Shown here piece after piece: positions 21,084-30,222 of a stretch of 64,000 bases of DNA. Under the pieces are notes generated by a model. It had not been told where the DNA came from and made no database searches. It was given only the letters and a program-made list of their open reading frames with translations. Each line of letters opens with the position of its first letter. Within the stretch, counting starts at the first letter, position 1. Made by a program: the position numbers and the translations under genes. This stretch comes from Armatimonadota bacterium (GTDB taxonomy: Bacteria > Armatimonadota > UBA5829 > DSUL01): assembly GCA_025998755.1 (NCBI GenBank), contig AP024674.1, positions 1,936,162 through 2,000,161 on the forward strand, in the 5' to 3' direction.

Positions 21084-21111
21084 ATTATGCAGATTTCTCC
21101 AGAAAAGTCAA
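21084..21111 (-). promoter_or_regulatory. Sigma70-type promoter with a palindromic spacer for the aminotransferase operon
   Basis: TTGACT-N16-CATAAT; the spacer contains TTTCT-GG-AGAAA. Confidence 0.55.
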
Positions 21112-21367
21112 CATAACATCAGCCTGGTTCTGGTGGCAGGAAACGCAAGCTGCAGCTTTTTCACGAACCGCAAGACTGTTGCCGGAGCGCGAGAGGATTC
21201 GGCACGGATTGGAGGCTGGCCTCCGCCGCTGGACCGCCGGAAAGCCGCCAGCTGCAGGAAAGCGGCTGCGAGGCGGCGAAACGGCGGTGCAAAAGGACGC
21301 AAACGGCCTGCCTGCGGATGGCCGTGCCTGCTCTCTCAGCCTGCAAGAATAGAAGGAGAATATCCCT

Positions 21368-24300
21368 GTGAGCACCGTGCTTTCCCTGCTGCTGGCGCTT
21401 GCTCTTGTGGCGCCGGCGGAAGCGGCCGCGCCTGCGGCCGGAAAGTTCGCGCACTATGTGGCATCTCCCTCCGGCGAGCGGTTCGAGTGCCCTATCTCGG
21501 ACGTCTGGATTCAGGCCGGCCCGGTCGAGGACTCCGGAGGGCGGCGGATGCAGTGGTGGACCTTGACCCTTCGGAAGCAGAACGGCGAACGGCTGGCAGT
21601 CCGCGCCCTGTCCGCGAAAGTCCCGATGACAGGGCGGGAAGGTCCGGGCGAGATCGCCCGCTACCAGTTCCTTCCGGGGGCGGAAAAAACCGCGCTGGAG
21701 TATGTGGACGACTCGACGGGACGCGCCTTGCTTCCGTCCGAGTATGACTTCGTCCGCAACTTCCTGCCTCGCCCTGCGCCTGATGCGCGCTTTACGGACG
21801 GATTCGCCTCTGCCGGCGAGATTATGGGCCACACCATCACCCGGACCACACGAACTGCCTCTCCGCCCGATGTCAGTTTCCAGCCACTCAAGACCTTGCG
21901 CATCCGCACAGACTTTGTGATCGGCACCGGCCGGACATTCCGGGACGACGGCACAGGACGCAATCTGCCAGACGGAGACTATACCTATATCCCCTGGACC
22001 CAGGACGACTATGAGAAGATGCTGGCCGCAGGGTTCAACTACTTCGCCATCTCCTCGCCAGATCTGCGCGCCTGGCTGCTGGAGCAGCCCGCCTTCATTG
22101 CTCTGGGGACCGGAATCGTCTATCCGGACGATCTATACCGGTCCAACGTGCTGACAGCGGACATGTTCATTGATGAGCCCATGGTCCGGATGGGCTGGAC
22201 CGGCGGCATCCCGATAAACCCTACCGGGCCGGAGCAGGTGGCCGAAGCGCTCCGGAAGCGCGTGTCCGCCCACTACGCTCTGCGCGATCGCCTGTTGCCG
22301 GTGGGACGCGGACTGGACGGCACACTGGACCTGGTGCGTCCTAAGGCTCCTTCGTGGGAGACCGAGTTCTGGTCGGCCTGGTATCAGTTGCAGGCCGGAG
22401 CGCCGGGGATAGTGCACGAAGGCCGCTACGTGAAGCGCGGCTTTGGGTGGGAACCTGAGCGTCTGGTGGGTGAAGGACTGGAAGGTCTCACGAAGACCGA
22501 TATGTTCAACTTCTATTACGCCTTCCTGCGAGGCGCGGCAAGATCCTTCGGAGGATACTGGGGCACCAGCCTCTACGGACATTCGGATGTGGATCTGCGC
22601 GTGCCCGCCTTCATCCGGGCATACCAGATGGGAGCGCGCAACCTCTGGTTCTGGACCTCGGATCACGAGCACCATATGCCGTTCTCGGAGCAGCTGCGCA
22701 TCGCCCATGCCATCACGGATTACGCCCGCCAGCATCCGCGCACCAGCCCGGAGAAACTGCTCCGGCAAGCGAAGGTGGGCATCGCCCTTCCGCCGGGATA
22801 CGCCTTCACCTGGGACGGAACCTGGGGTATGGAAAGGGAAAGGCTCAACCCGGCGGGCGTCAGCTACGGCGACATCTCGGCGGCTCTGTTTTGGGAGGGC
22901 ATCATTCAGTCGAGGCGGGGAGTGGAGTTCGATTTCCTGGTGGATCATCCCGGAATCGAGAAGCTGGGCTACGAACAGTTAGTCATCATCCAAGAGAATG
23001 GCTCCGTGCTGCGCATTCCTCCAGCTCGCGAGGTGCGCTCTCCCGGCGATGTCCGGGTGAAGGTGACAAAGTCGCAACCGCTCCTTCAGCAGACAGGCGG
23101 GAGACCCGTAGCCGGCGAGATCCGGCGCGCCCCCGCCATTCGAGTTGACGGGAACCTCTCGGAATGGCGAGGGGCCGACTGGAAGAGCCTGGGACCTGCG
23201 GACTGGTTCGGCGACAGCAGTCGGCTCATCATTTCGCTCAGCGCGCCGGCTGGCTACACCCCTGCGCCGGGAGACTGCCTGGGCGCCCGCATCCAGAAAC
23301 TGACGCCGGAGTTGATGGAGCGTTACGCCGTGGAAGCGTTCATCGAGTACGAAGACTACCTGGTGGTCAGGCACGTGGAGGCAGGCTCGCCCGCGGAAGC
23401 TGCAGGGCTCCGAGAAGGAGACGTCATCCTCACTTTGGACCGGGAACGGGTTCGCAATCCCCAAGCAATGGAACGCCTGGCGGCGCGGCTGGCCCGGCAG
23501 CCCGGCAGCAAGGCGGAGATAGAAGTCATTCGGTCCGGACGGTCGCGCTACGGCGGGGAGAAGGATCTCTCCGGCAGTTTCGCCTTTCAGGTGGATGACA
23601 GGAACCTGTACTTCGCAGCGCGGGTCCGCGACGACGTCCACGTTCAGGATCTGGACGGGTGGCACATTTGGCAGCAGGACAGCGTGCAGATCGCCCTGGA
23701 CCCGGCCCTTGAAGCGACGAAAGGCGGTTACGGCGAGAACGATCACGAGATCGGGTTCGCACTGCGGGGCACCGAGACGCTGGTCTGGCGGTGGAAGGGC
23801 CGCCGGGGCCAGCCGGTCCAGCGGCCAGCAGGAGTAAGGGCCTTCGCCGTGCGGCAGGGGGCCGAGACCATTTATGAAGCGGCGATCCCTCTTCGGGAGA
23901 TCGCTCCTTTCGCACCCGAGGTCTGGCCGCTGTGCGGGGTGAATGTGGTGATCAACGACAGCGATCAGACGGAAACCCGCAAGGGGCGGCTGGAACTGGT
24001 TTCCGGAGCAACGACGCGCGGCAAGAATCCGGACCGCTTCGCCGTGTTCCACACGCAGCCCACCGGACACGGGCGCAGGCTCTCCGCAGGCATCACCTGG
24101 GACCGGCGATGCGCGCAGGAAGGCGGAAGGCTGCAGGCGACGCTGTCCCTCTGCTCCAGAGAGACGCAGGAAGCCGTCGTGCGGACCGAGATGCGCTCGC
24201 TGGATACTCCTTCGGCTCCTTCGAGCGTGCGAGAGACGAGGGTGCCGGTGACTCCTGAGCCGCGTGCTCTAAGTTTGGAGATCTCCAGCGCCTCTCCGGC

Positions 24301-24400
24301 CGGACGGTACCTGCTGGACATCAGCGTGCGCACAATCTCCGGCCAGTTGGCGGCCCGCGACCGCCTGCCGGTGTTCATCTACCCTCCAGCGCGCCGTTAG
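21368..24400 (+). CDS. Large secreted protein with an unknown N-terminal region, a PDZ domain and a CBM9/DOMON-like domain
   Basis: AAGGAG RBS; signal peptide; VEAGSPAEAAGLREGDVIL (PDZ); IRVDGNLSEW...DDRNLYFAARVRDD...QDSVQIALDP...YEAAIP...GVNVVINDSD (CBM9-like). Confidence 0.85.
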   Translation: MSTVLSLLLALALVAPAEAAAPAAGKFAHYVASPSGERFECPISDVWIQAGPVEDSGGRRMQWWTLTLRKQNGERLAVRALSAKVPMTGREGPGEIARYQFLPGAEKTALEYVDDSTGRALLPSEYDFVRNFLPRPAPDARFTDGFASAGEIMGHTITRTTRTASPPDVSFQPLKTLRIRTDFVIGTGRTFRDDGTGRNLPDGDYTYIPWTQDDYEKMLAAGFNYFAISSPDLRAWLLEQPAFIALGTGIVYPDDLYRSNVLTADMFIDEPMVRMGWTGGIPINPTGPEQVAEALRKRVSAHYALRDRLLPVGRGLDGTLDLVRPKAPSWETEFWSAWYQLQAGAPGIVHEGRYVKRGFGWEPERLVGEGLEGLTKTDMFNFYYAFLRGAARSFGGYWGTSLYGHSDVDLRVPAFIRAYQMGARNLWFWTSDHEHHMPFSEQLRIAHAITDYARQHPRTSPEKLLRQAKVGIALPPGYAFTWDGTWGMERERLNPAGVSYGDISAALFWEGIIQSRRGVEFDFLVDHPGIEKLGYEQLVIIQENGSVLRIPPAREVRSPGDVRVKVTKSQPLLQQTGGRPVAGEIRRAPAIRVDGNLSEWRGADWKSLGPADWFGDSSRLIISLSAPAGYTPAPGDCLGARIQKLTPELMERYAVEAFIEYEDYLVVRHVEAGSPAEAAGLREGDVILTLDRERVRNPQAMERLAARLARQPGSKAEIEVIRSGRSRYGGEKDLSGSFAFQVDDRNLYFAARVRDDVHVQDLDGWHIWQQDSVQIALDPALEATKGGYGENDHEIGFALRGTETLVWRWKGRRGQPVQRPAGVRAFAVRQGAETIYEAAIPLREIAPFAPEVWPLCGVNVVINDSDQTETRKGRLELVSGATTRGKNPDRFAVFHTQPTGHGRRLSAGITWDRRCAQEGGRLQATLSLCSRETQEAVVRTEMRSLDTPSAPSSVRETRVPVTPEPRALSLEISSASPAGRYLLDISVRTISGQLAARDRLPVFIYPPARR

Positions 24401-24415
24401 GAAATCCGGAACGGT

Positions 24416-25141
24416 TCAGCCCTCGCCGGGAGGGGCAGGGGCTCCGTCCCGCGGTTCATAACCCAGCAGGCGCCGCGTGGATTCCAGGTCCAGACGAGGC
24501 TCGCGGTTGTCACTGATGCCGTGCACGATGGCGAAGCCGACATCGCGCGGAGCCTGCAGGGCGAGGTGAAGGAGCTGACACAGGTCGTCCTTGCTGACGA
24601 AAAGTCGGAAGAAGTCCGGAAACGTCTCGCGGGCGAGGCGAGCTGGATCCGAAAAAGCACCGATGCGGACCGCGATGCAGCTCATGCCCTTGCTGGCGTA
24701 GACGTGGCAGAGCGCTTCGCCGAAACACTTTGTCGCTGCGTAGGCGTTCAGCGGGCGAGGTGGCATATCGGGTGTGACGGGCAAATCCGTCGGGTAGCCC
24801 ACCACCGTCTGCACGCTGGATGCGAAAACAAAACGCCCCACACCCCGCCTGAAGGCGGCATCGAACAGATAAGCGGTGACCGCCAGATTGTTGGCCACTA
24901 ACGACGGCAGGGAAGCGTTCGTGTTCGGATCCGCTGCGAGATGCAGAACCGCCTCTACGTTCTCCGTCAGCCTCCAGAGCAGGTCTGGGTCATTTGCATC
25001 GCCGATGACCCAGCGGCCCGCGGAAGCGAACTCGCCCGCTGGATAGACCCGATCGGTCAGGATCAGGTCATAATGGCCCCCGTAACGTTCTATGAAGGCG
25101 GACGCGATGCGGCCCGCGGCTCCCGTAATCAGCAGTTTCAA
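24416..25141 (-). CDS. NAD-dependent epimerase/dehydrogenase (uronate dehydrogenase-like SDR)
   Basis: ITGAAGRI, HLAA, FASS, YAATK, RIG. Confidence 0.85.
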   Translation of the reverse strand: MKLLITGAAGRIASAFIERYGGHYDLILTDRVYPAGEFASAGRWVIGDANDPDLLWRLTENVEAVLHLAADPNTNASLPSLVANNLAVTAYLFDAAFRRGVGRFVFASSVQTVVGYPTDLPVTPDMPPRPLNAYAATKCFGEALCHVYASKGMSCIAVRIGAFSDPARLARETFPDFFRLFVSKDDLCQLLHLALQAPRDVGFAIVHGISDNREPRLDLESTRRLLGYEPRDGAPAPPGEG

Positions 25142-25180
25142 AATGGGGCGGCTCCTCCGGCCCGCGCGTCCGGGCGCGAC

Positions 25181-25756
<576 letters not shown>

Positions 25757-25898
25757 TTACCCGCCACGCCCCACGGACTTCCAGAGGGGACAAGGAGAAT
25801 GCTGTAAGCCACTGCGGGAAAAGCAAACCGGGTCCGTCCCGGTAAGCCGTCTGTCGCCGGTATGCCGAAAATCAGGTCCCCGAGAACCTGCCTGTGCC

Positions 25899-25938
25899 GG
25901 TTGAGCCATCCGCCGAAGGCGGACGGGTCCAAACCACA
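25899..25938 (+). repeat. Second copy of the 40-bp REP-like unit
   Basis: GGTTGAGCCATCCGCCGAAGGCGGACGGGTCCAAACCACA matches 7931-7970 at 36 of 40 positions. Confidence 0.75.
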
Positions 25939-25963
25939 ACCGCGCCGGCAGGGGCACTGCGGG

Positions 25964-26803
25964 TCACATGCTCAATGTGCGGGGTGTGAACGAGACGCGC
26001 CGCATCCAGTCGGCCACACGCTCGCCTTTTGCCGACGACTCCAGATACGCCTCGGCGATCTCCACAAGCGCTTCTTTCGCTTCATCGAGCGACACGAAAT
26101 CCGCGACAGGTTGCGCCAGCCTGGGTCGGCGCCCCAGTTTCCCACCCATCAGAATGCGCGCGCCGCTCCGGCCCGCAACAAGACAATCTGGCACCGGGCA
26201 TGCGCGGACACAGTCTCCGCAGCTGAGGCAGACATCGGGATCCACCTCCGGCCCGTCCCCCAGGGATAAACAGGAATCTGGACACGCATTCACGCACAGG
26301 CCGCACTGCGTGCACCCGGAAAGATAAGCAGGCTCCTGCTGACCGTGCACTCCGAAATCCTTGATCTGCGGCTGACTGCAACAGTTGGGGCATCCCGAAA
26401 CGGACACGCGGAACTTGTGATGGAGCAAAACCGACTCCTCTTCCAGCCGTTCCAGCAGGCGCTCCGAAAACCGGATGCCTTCCAGGGCTGCCTCCAGCTC
26501 GTCCGCCCACTGCGTCACCGGAATGAGCAGATGCTGGCATCCCCGGACCTCTCCCGGACAGGACTCCACCAGCACCATAGCGGGGCGGTCGTCGCGAGAG
26601 GCGGGCAACGCGTGTTTGAGGTCGGAATCCTTCTTGCCCGCGAACGCCCGCCGGAACTGCCGGTAGCATTCCTCGTAGTCGGCCAGCGTCACGACGTCAC
26701 GGCCCGCCCTGCGCACGGACTCCTCGATCTTTCCCCTGGCCAGAGGCCGGACGATGAACGGCACATTCTGCAAGGCTTTATGCGCCTCGGCATCCCATTT
26801 CAT
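25964..26803 (-). CDS. Nitrite/sulfite reductase 4Fe-4S domain protein with a PCP_red-like N-terminus and an inserted ferredoxin
   Basis: WDAEA..AL..VPFIVR..AR..IE; CPGEVRGC and SGCPNCC; CTQCGLCVNAC and CLSCGDCVRAC; GGKLGR.P; GER. Confidence 0.85.
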   Translation of the reverse strand: MKWDAEAHKALQNVPFIVRPLARGKIEESVRRAGRDVVTLADYEECYRQFRRAFAGKKDSDLKHALPASRDDRPAMVLVESCPGEVRGCQHLLIPVTQWADELEAALEGIRFSERLLERLEEESVLLHHKFRVSVSGCPNCCSQPQIKDFGVHGQQEPAYLSGCTQCGLCVNACPDSCLSLGDGPEVDPDVCLSCGDCVRACPVPDCLVAGRSGARILMGGKLGRRPRLAQPVADFVSLDEAKEALVEIAEAYLESSAKGERVADWMRRVSFTPRTLSM

Positions 26804-26920
26804 TCCAGAAGATTCCTCCCCGGCGATCCGCCGATCCAACTCGGCTGGGGTGGCTCCCTTCCCGGCGAGCCATCAAAACAGCTTCCGGTGAAATGATGCC
26901 GCGGCACAGGCAGGAATGCC

Positions 26921-26934
26921 TTGACCCGGATCAA
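26921..26934. promoter_or_regulatory. FNR/Dnr/HcpR-type binding site
   Basis: TTGAT-CCGG-GTCAA (minus strand), one mismatch from TTGAT-N4-ATCAA, between the Crp/Fnr gene and the 4Fe-4S gene. Confidence 0.75.
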
Positions 26935-26958
26935 GGGACCGGGGATTTGTCTTTTGTC

Positions 26959-27639
26959 TCAGACTTCCGATTCCCCGTCGGCAAGGCGGCGCAGTTCAGG
27001 GGCGTCCAGTATGGAAATCGTCCGGCCCCGGACGCGGATGACACCCTGCGCTTCCATACGAAAAAACAGACGGCTGAGGGTCTCGGGGGTCATCCCCAAA
27101 TGCGCGGCCACCACGGCCTTGGGCGCGGGCAGAACGGCAGCCGACCCTTCCTGCAATCCCAGTAGATAGCCGGCCAGGCGGGACGCGGCCCCGCGCAGCG
27201 CCAGCACCTCCACCTGCCCCACCAACCTGCGCAACCAGAGAGCCATCCCGCCCATCAGCCGAATGGCGACGTCCGGCTCGCCCCGGAGCAGGGCCAGAAA
27301 AGGCTGACTGGGGAACAGGACCGCCCGCGACTGCCTGACCGTTTCGGCATACGCCGGGTAAGTATCGCCCAGGAAAAGAGCAGCCTCGGCGAAGGTCTCC
27401 CCCGGCCAAACCAGATGCAGCACGTGCTCTTTGCCCTCGCCGGAAAGCTTGTAAACCTTGACGGCACCCTCGACCAGCAGATAGAACCCTCCGCAAGGTT
27501 CTCCCTCGCTGAAGATCATCTCGCGCGCGGCGAAATTGCGCCACCGCGCGAACGAGGCGATCTTTTGGAGCATCGCGGAATCCAGCGAGGAGAACATCTC
27601 CGACTTTTTGAGGGCTAAGACCAGAGCATTGTCGGGCAT
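26959..27639 (-). CDS. Crp/Fnr family transcriptional regulator (Dnr/HcpR-like)
   Basis: IFSEGE, GAVKVYK...GKE, FAEAALF..YPA, HTH LGMTPETLSR; lacks the FNR N-terminal Cys cluster. Confidence 0.93.
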   Translation of the reverse strand: MPDNALVLALKKSEMFSSLDSAMLQKIASFARWRNFAAREMIFSEGEPCGGFYLLVEGAVKVYKLSGEGKEHVLHLVWPGETFAEAALFLGDTYPAYAETVRQSRAVLFPSQPFLALLRGEPDVAIRLMGGMALWLRRLVGQVEVLALRGAASRLAGYLLGLQEGSAAVLPAPKAVVAAHLGMTPETLSRLFFRMEAQGVIRVRGRTISILDAPELRRLADGESEV

Positions 27640-27663
27640 CCTACACTCCGAATGAGGCAGGCG

Positions 27664-27688
27664 GGAACCGCCGGCGCAAGATGTTGTT
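27664..27688 (+). promoter_or_regulatory. Putative ECF-sigma promoter
   Basis: GGAAC-N17-GTT upstream of the anti-sigma gene. Confidence 0.45.
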
Positions 27689-27727
27689 TTAGTTTATTAG
27701 GGACGAAGCCTGGAAAGCAATTCGGGC

Positions 27728-27865
27728 ACAGCACGTCGGGAAGGCGTACCAGTCAATCTTGCGCGGGCAAGGCTCCTCACAGAAGCCTACAACGCGCTCA
27801 AAGGCGAGCGAGAAATCCATGGGCGATTGCGCGAGCGTTCAGGAGAGCATTTCAGCTCTGGTTGA
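27728..27865 (+). pseudogene. Possible remnant of an ECF sigma factor (region 4.2)
   Basis: Start-less frame TARREGVPVNLARARLLTEAYNAL...stop resembles EIA..GVPVNTVKSRL.RAR..L lacking TVKSR; overlaps the anti-sigma start. Confidence 0.45.
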
Positions 27866-28607
27866 CAGCGAAGTTTCAGGCGAGGAACTCGACACGGTTC
27901 TCAGGCATCTCGAGCAGTGCGGAGACTGCGCGGCAGTGCGGGCCGAGATGGTCCGGCTGAAGGCGGTGGCGCAGGTGGCCCTGGCTTCCACCAGTTGTCC
28001 CTCGTCACTGCGGCGACGGGTACTTCAGGAACTGAACTCTGAAGTCCGCGAGCGCCGGGACGCTGCCCGCCCGTGGCGGCCCCTCCGTTTCGTCTGGGCA
28101 CCGGCGGCGCTGGCGGCAGGTCTTCTGCTGCTGTTTGCCGGACGGCCCGGATATGTTCCCCTCCACGAACTCCCGTCGCTCCAGCAGAGGAACTCGCTCC
28201 ATCGAGTGGCTCACGAAACGCCGCAGATGGCGGCCATGGCGCTTCGTGAGGAGCTGGATATCGGAGTCCGCCCGGTTGAGCTGGCTCCGCTGGGACTGCG
28301 ATTCGAGTCCGCCGGGCGCACTAGCCTGGGGGGATGCAAGGGGGCCTACTTCACTTTTGTAACCCCGGATGGGCAGCGCCTGACGGTTTTTGAGATCTGT
28401 CCGCAGGGCAAGGCGGTGCCAGCCGGCCGTAGTGCCTCCCGCTACGATCTGCCGGAGGGCTGGCAGATCCTGAGAACGGCGGACGGCCGCGACATCCTGT
28501 TCCTGAAACCCCCACGCGGGCTTGTGGTGGCCATCTGTTCGGACCTGCCGCTGCAAAAGGCTGCTGACGCCGGGAAACTGGTGGGCGAACAGTTGGCGCG
28601 ATACTGA
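27819..28607 (+). CDS. Zinc-finger (zf-HC2/ZAS) transmembrane anti-sigma factor
   Basis: C...ISALVDSE...HLEQCGDC, one TM helix, extracytoplasmic domain. Confidence 0.85.
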   Translation: MGDCASVQESISALVDSEVSGEELDTVLRHLEQCGDCAAVRAEMVRLKAVAQVALASTSCPSSLRRRVLQELNSEVRERRDAARPWRPLRFVWAPAALAAGLLLLFAGRPGYVPLHELPSLQQRNSLHRVAHETPQMAAMALREELDIGVRPVELAPLGLRFESAGRTSLGGCKGAYFTFVTPDGQRLTVFEICPQGKAVPAGRSASRYDLPEGWQILRTADGRDILFLKPPRGLVVAICSDLPLQKAADAGKLVGEQLARY

Positions 28608-28615
28608 CCCCCCCG

Positions 28616-29449
28616 TCAGCCCTGAACCAGCGAACGCAGTAGGCGGATCTCGTCTGCGTGACGTTCGGGATCGGGCGTCTCCAGGAGTAGCGGCACCTCC
28701 CGCAAACGCGGATCGTTCAGCAGTATGCGGAAAGCCTCTTCCCCAAGCAACCCCTCTCCGATGGGCGCGTGGCGATCCACCCGGGAACCGAGATCCTTCT
28801 TGGCATCGTTTAGGTGAACGCAGCGCAGCTTATCCATCCCGATGATGCGGTCAAAGGCGGCCAGAGTTTCCGCAAATCCGTCCGGCGTCCGCAGCTCGTA
28901 GCCCGCAGCAAAAAGATGACAGGTATCCAGGCAAACGGCCGTGTGTTCCGGAATCGCCGAAGCGTCCAGCATCTCCGCCAGTTCTTCAAAGGACGACCCC
29001 AGAGAGTTCCCCTGCCCTGCCGTCCCCTCCAGCAGGATGGTGACCGACGCGGCCCCCGACTGTTCCAGGCATTGCCGGATGGCTTCGCCCACCCTCCGGA
29101 TGGCGGGAGACACCTCTCCATCGTGCGCTCCGCAGTGGGTCACCAGGTACGGGATACCCATCTTCTGGCACCTCCCCAGCTCATCCGTAAAAGATTCCAG
29201 CGATCTCGCCCGCACCACGGCGTCGGAGGATGCCAGATTGGTAAGGTAGATATCGTGAGCCACGCACTGGACATCATACTCCCTGCAGGCATCCCGGAAG
29301 CGCGAGGCCTCTTCGTCGGATAGCGGACGCGCCTCCCATCGCTGAGGCGCACGGGTGAAGATCTGGATGGCGTCGCAGCCGATCTCACGACCGGACCGCG
29401 CCGCGTTCCACGCTCCGCCGGCCGTGCTGCGATGCGCTCCGAGGATCAT
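28616..29449 (-). CDS. nfo: Endonuclease IV
   Basis: LGAH.S.AGG, QIFT, LEGTAGQG, CLDTCHLFAAGY, HLNDAK...GSRVDRH, LETP. Confidence 0.95.
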   Translation of the reverse strand: MILGAHRSTAGGAWNAARSGREIGCDAIQIFTRAPQRWEARPLSDEEASRFRDACREYDVQCVAHDIYLTNLASSDAVVRARSLESFTDELGRCQKMGIPYLVTHCGAHDGEVSPAIRRVGEAIRQCLEQSGAASVTILLEGTAGQGNSLGSSFEELAEMLDASAIPEHTAVCLDTCHLFAAGYELRTPDGFAETLAAFDRIIGMDKLRCVHLNDAKKDLGSRVDRHAPIGEGLLGEEAFRILLNDPRLREVPLLLETPDPERHADEIRLLRSLVQG

Positions 29450-29551
29450 TTCTGCGCCCTCCCCTTCCAGAAGAACCAGGAGAAAAGCGGGGCACCGGAC
29501 CTTGCCCGATGCCCCGAAAAACGGCGGGCAACACCGCCCCGCGCCCGGCCG

Positions 29552-30037
29552 TCACCGGGATGCCAGATGCCTGTCCAGCATCAGCAGACCCTGCGAGCTG
29601 GAGCCCACCATCTTGACCTGCTCCAGAATGTCGCTGGCCGTCTTCTCCTCCTCGACCTGCTCATTGATGAACCACTGCAGGAAGGCCTGCGTGGCGTAGT
29701 CGTTCTCCGCAACCGCTTTGGCGTACAGGTCATTGATAGCGGCCGTCACCATCCTCTCGTGCTCCAGCACCTTTTCGAAGATGTCCTGGGCACCCTGGAA
29801 GTCCACGGGCGGCTGCGCGACGGGCTTCAACAGGATGCGGCCGCCACGGTCGTTGATGTAGTTGTAGAACTTCAGAGCGTGCCCGTACTCTTCCGCGCTC
29901 TGCGCGCGCAGCCAGTGACCGAAACCGCCCAGGTTGACGGACTCGCAATAGGCGGACATCGAGAGGTAGTAATAAGAGGAGTAGAACTCCTTGTTCATAT
30001 GCTCGTTGAGAGCATCCAGAAGAGACTGACTCAGCAC
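29552..30037 (-). CDS. ftn: Non-heme ferritin
   Basis: [35 protein letters not shown]. Confidence 0.95.
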   Translation of the reverse strand: MLSQSLLDALNEHMNKEFYSSYYYLSMSAYCESVNLGGFGHWLRAQSAEEYGHALKFYNYINDRGGRILLKPVAQPPVDFQGAQDIFEKVLEHERMVTAAINDLYAKAVAENDYATQAFLQWFINEQVEEEKTASDILEQVKMVGSSSQGLLMLDRHLASR

Positions 30038-30222
30038 TTCTTCAGCTTCCTTTCCTTCGCCGGGATGCTCCGGCTGACAGTATTGAGCCTGACGGATCCG
30101 GGTGGGCGAGGACCACGCCTCGCGGACTCAGACCAAAGCAGATTCGGCACGACCGGCCGGCAGGTCTGTCCCGGAGCCGGGAAGAATGATATCACAGCGC
30201 CGGGTGACCCGGTCCTTCGGCC

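Noticed and set aside
21270..21330. GGACGCAAA motif suggestive of a c-di-GMP-I riboswitch
   Set aside because: No upstream GGCAAAC with GNRA-capped stem and no tetraloop receptor stem.
26700..26803. Possible photosynthesis gene because of the protochlorophyllide-reductase-like N-terminus
   Set aside because: This small domain occurs in many unrelated proteins; no bch/chl genes are in the window.
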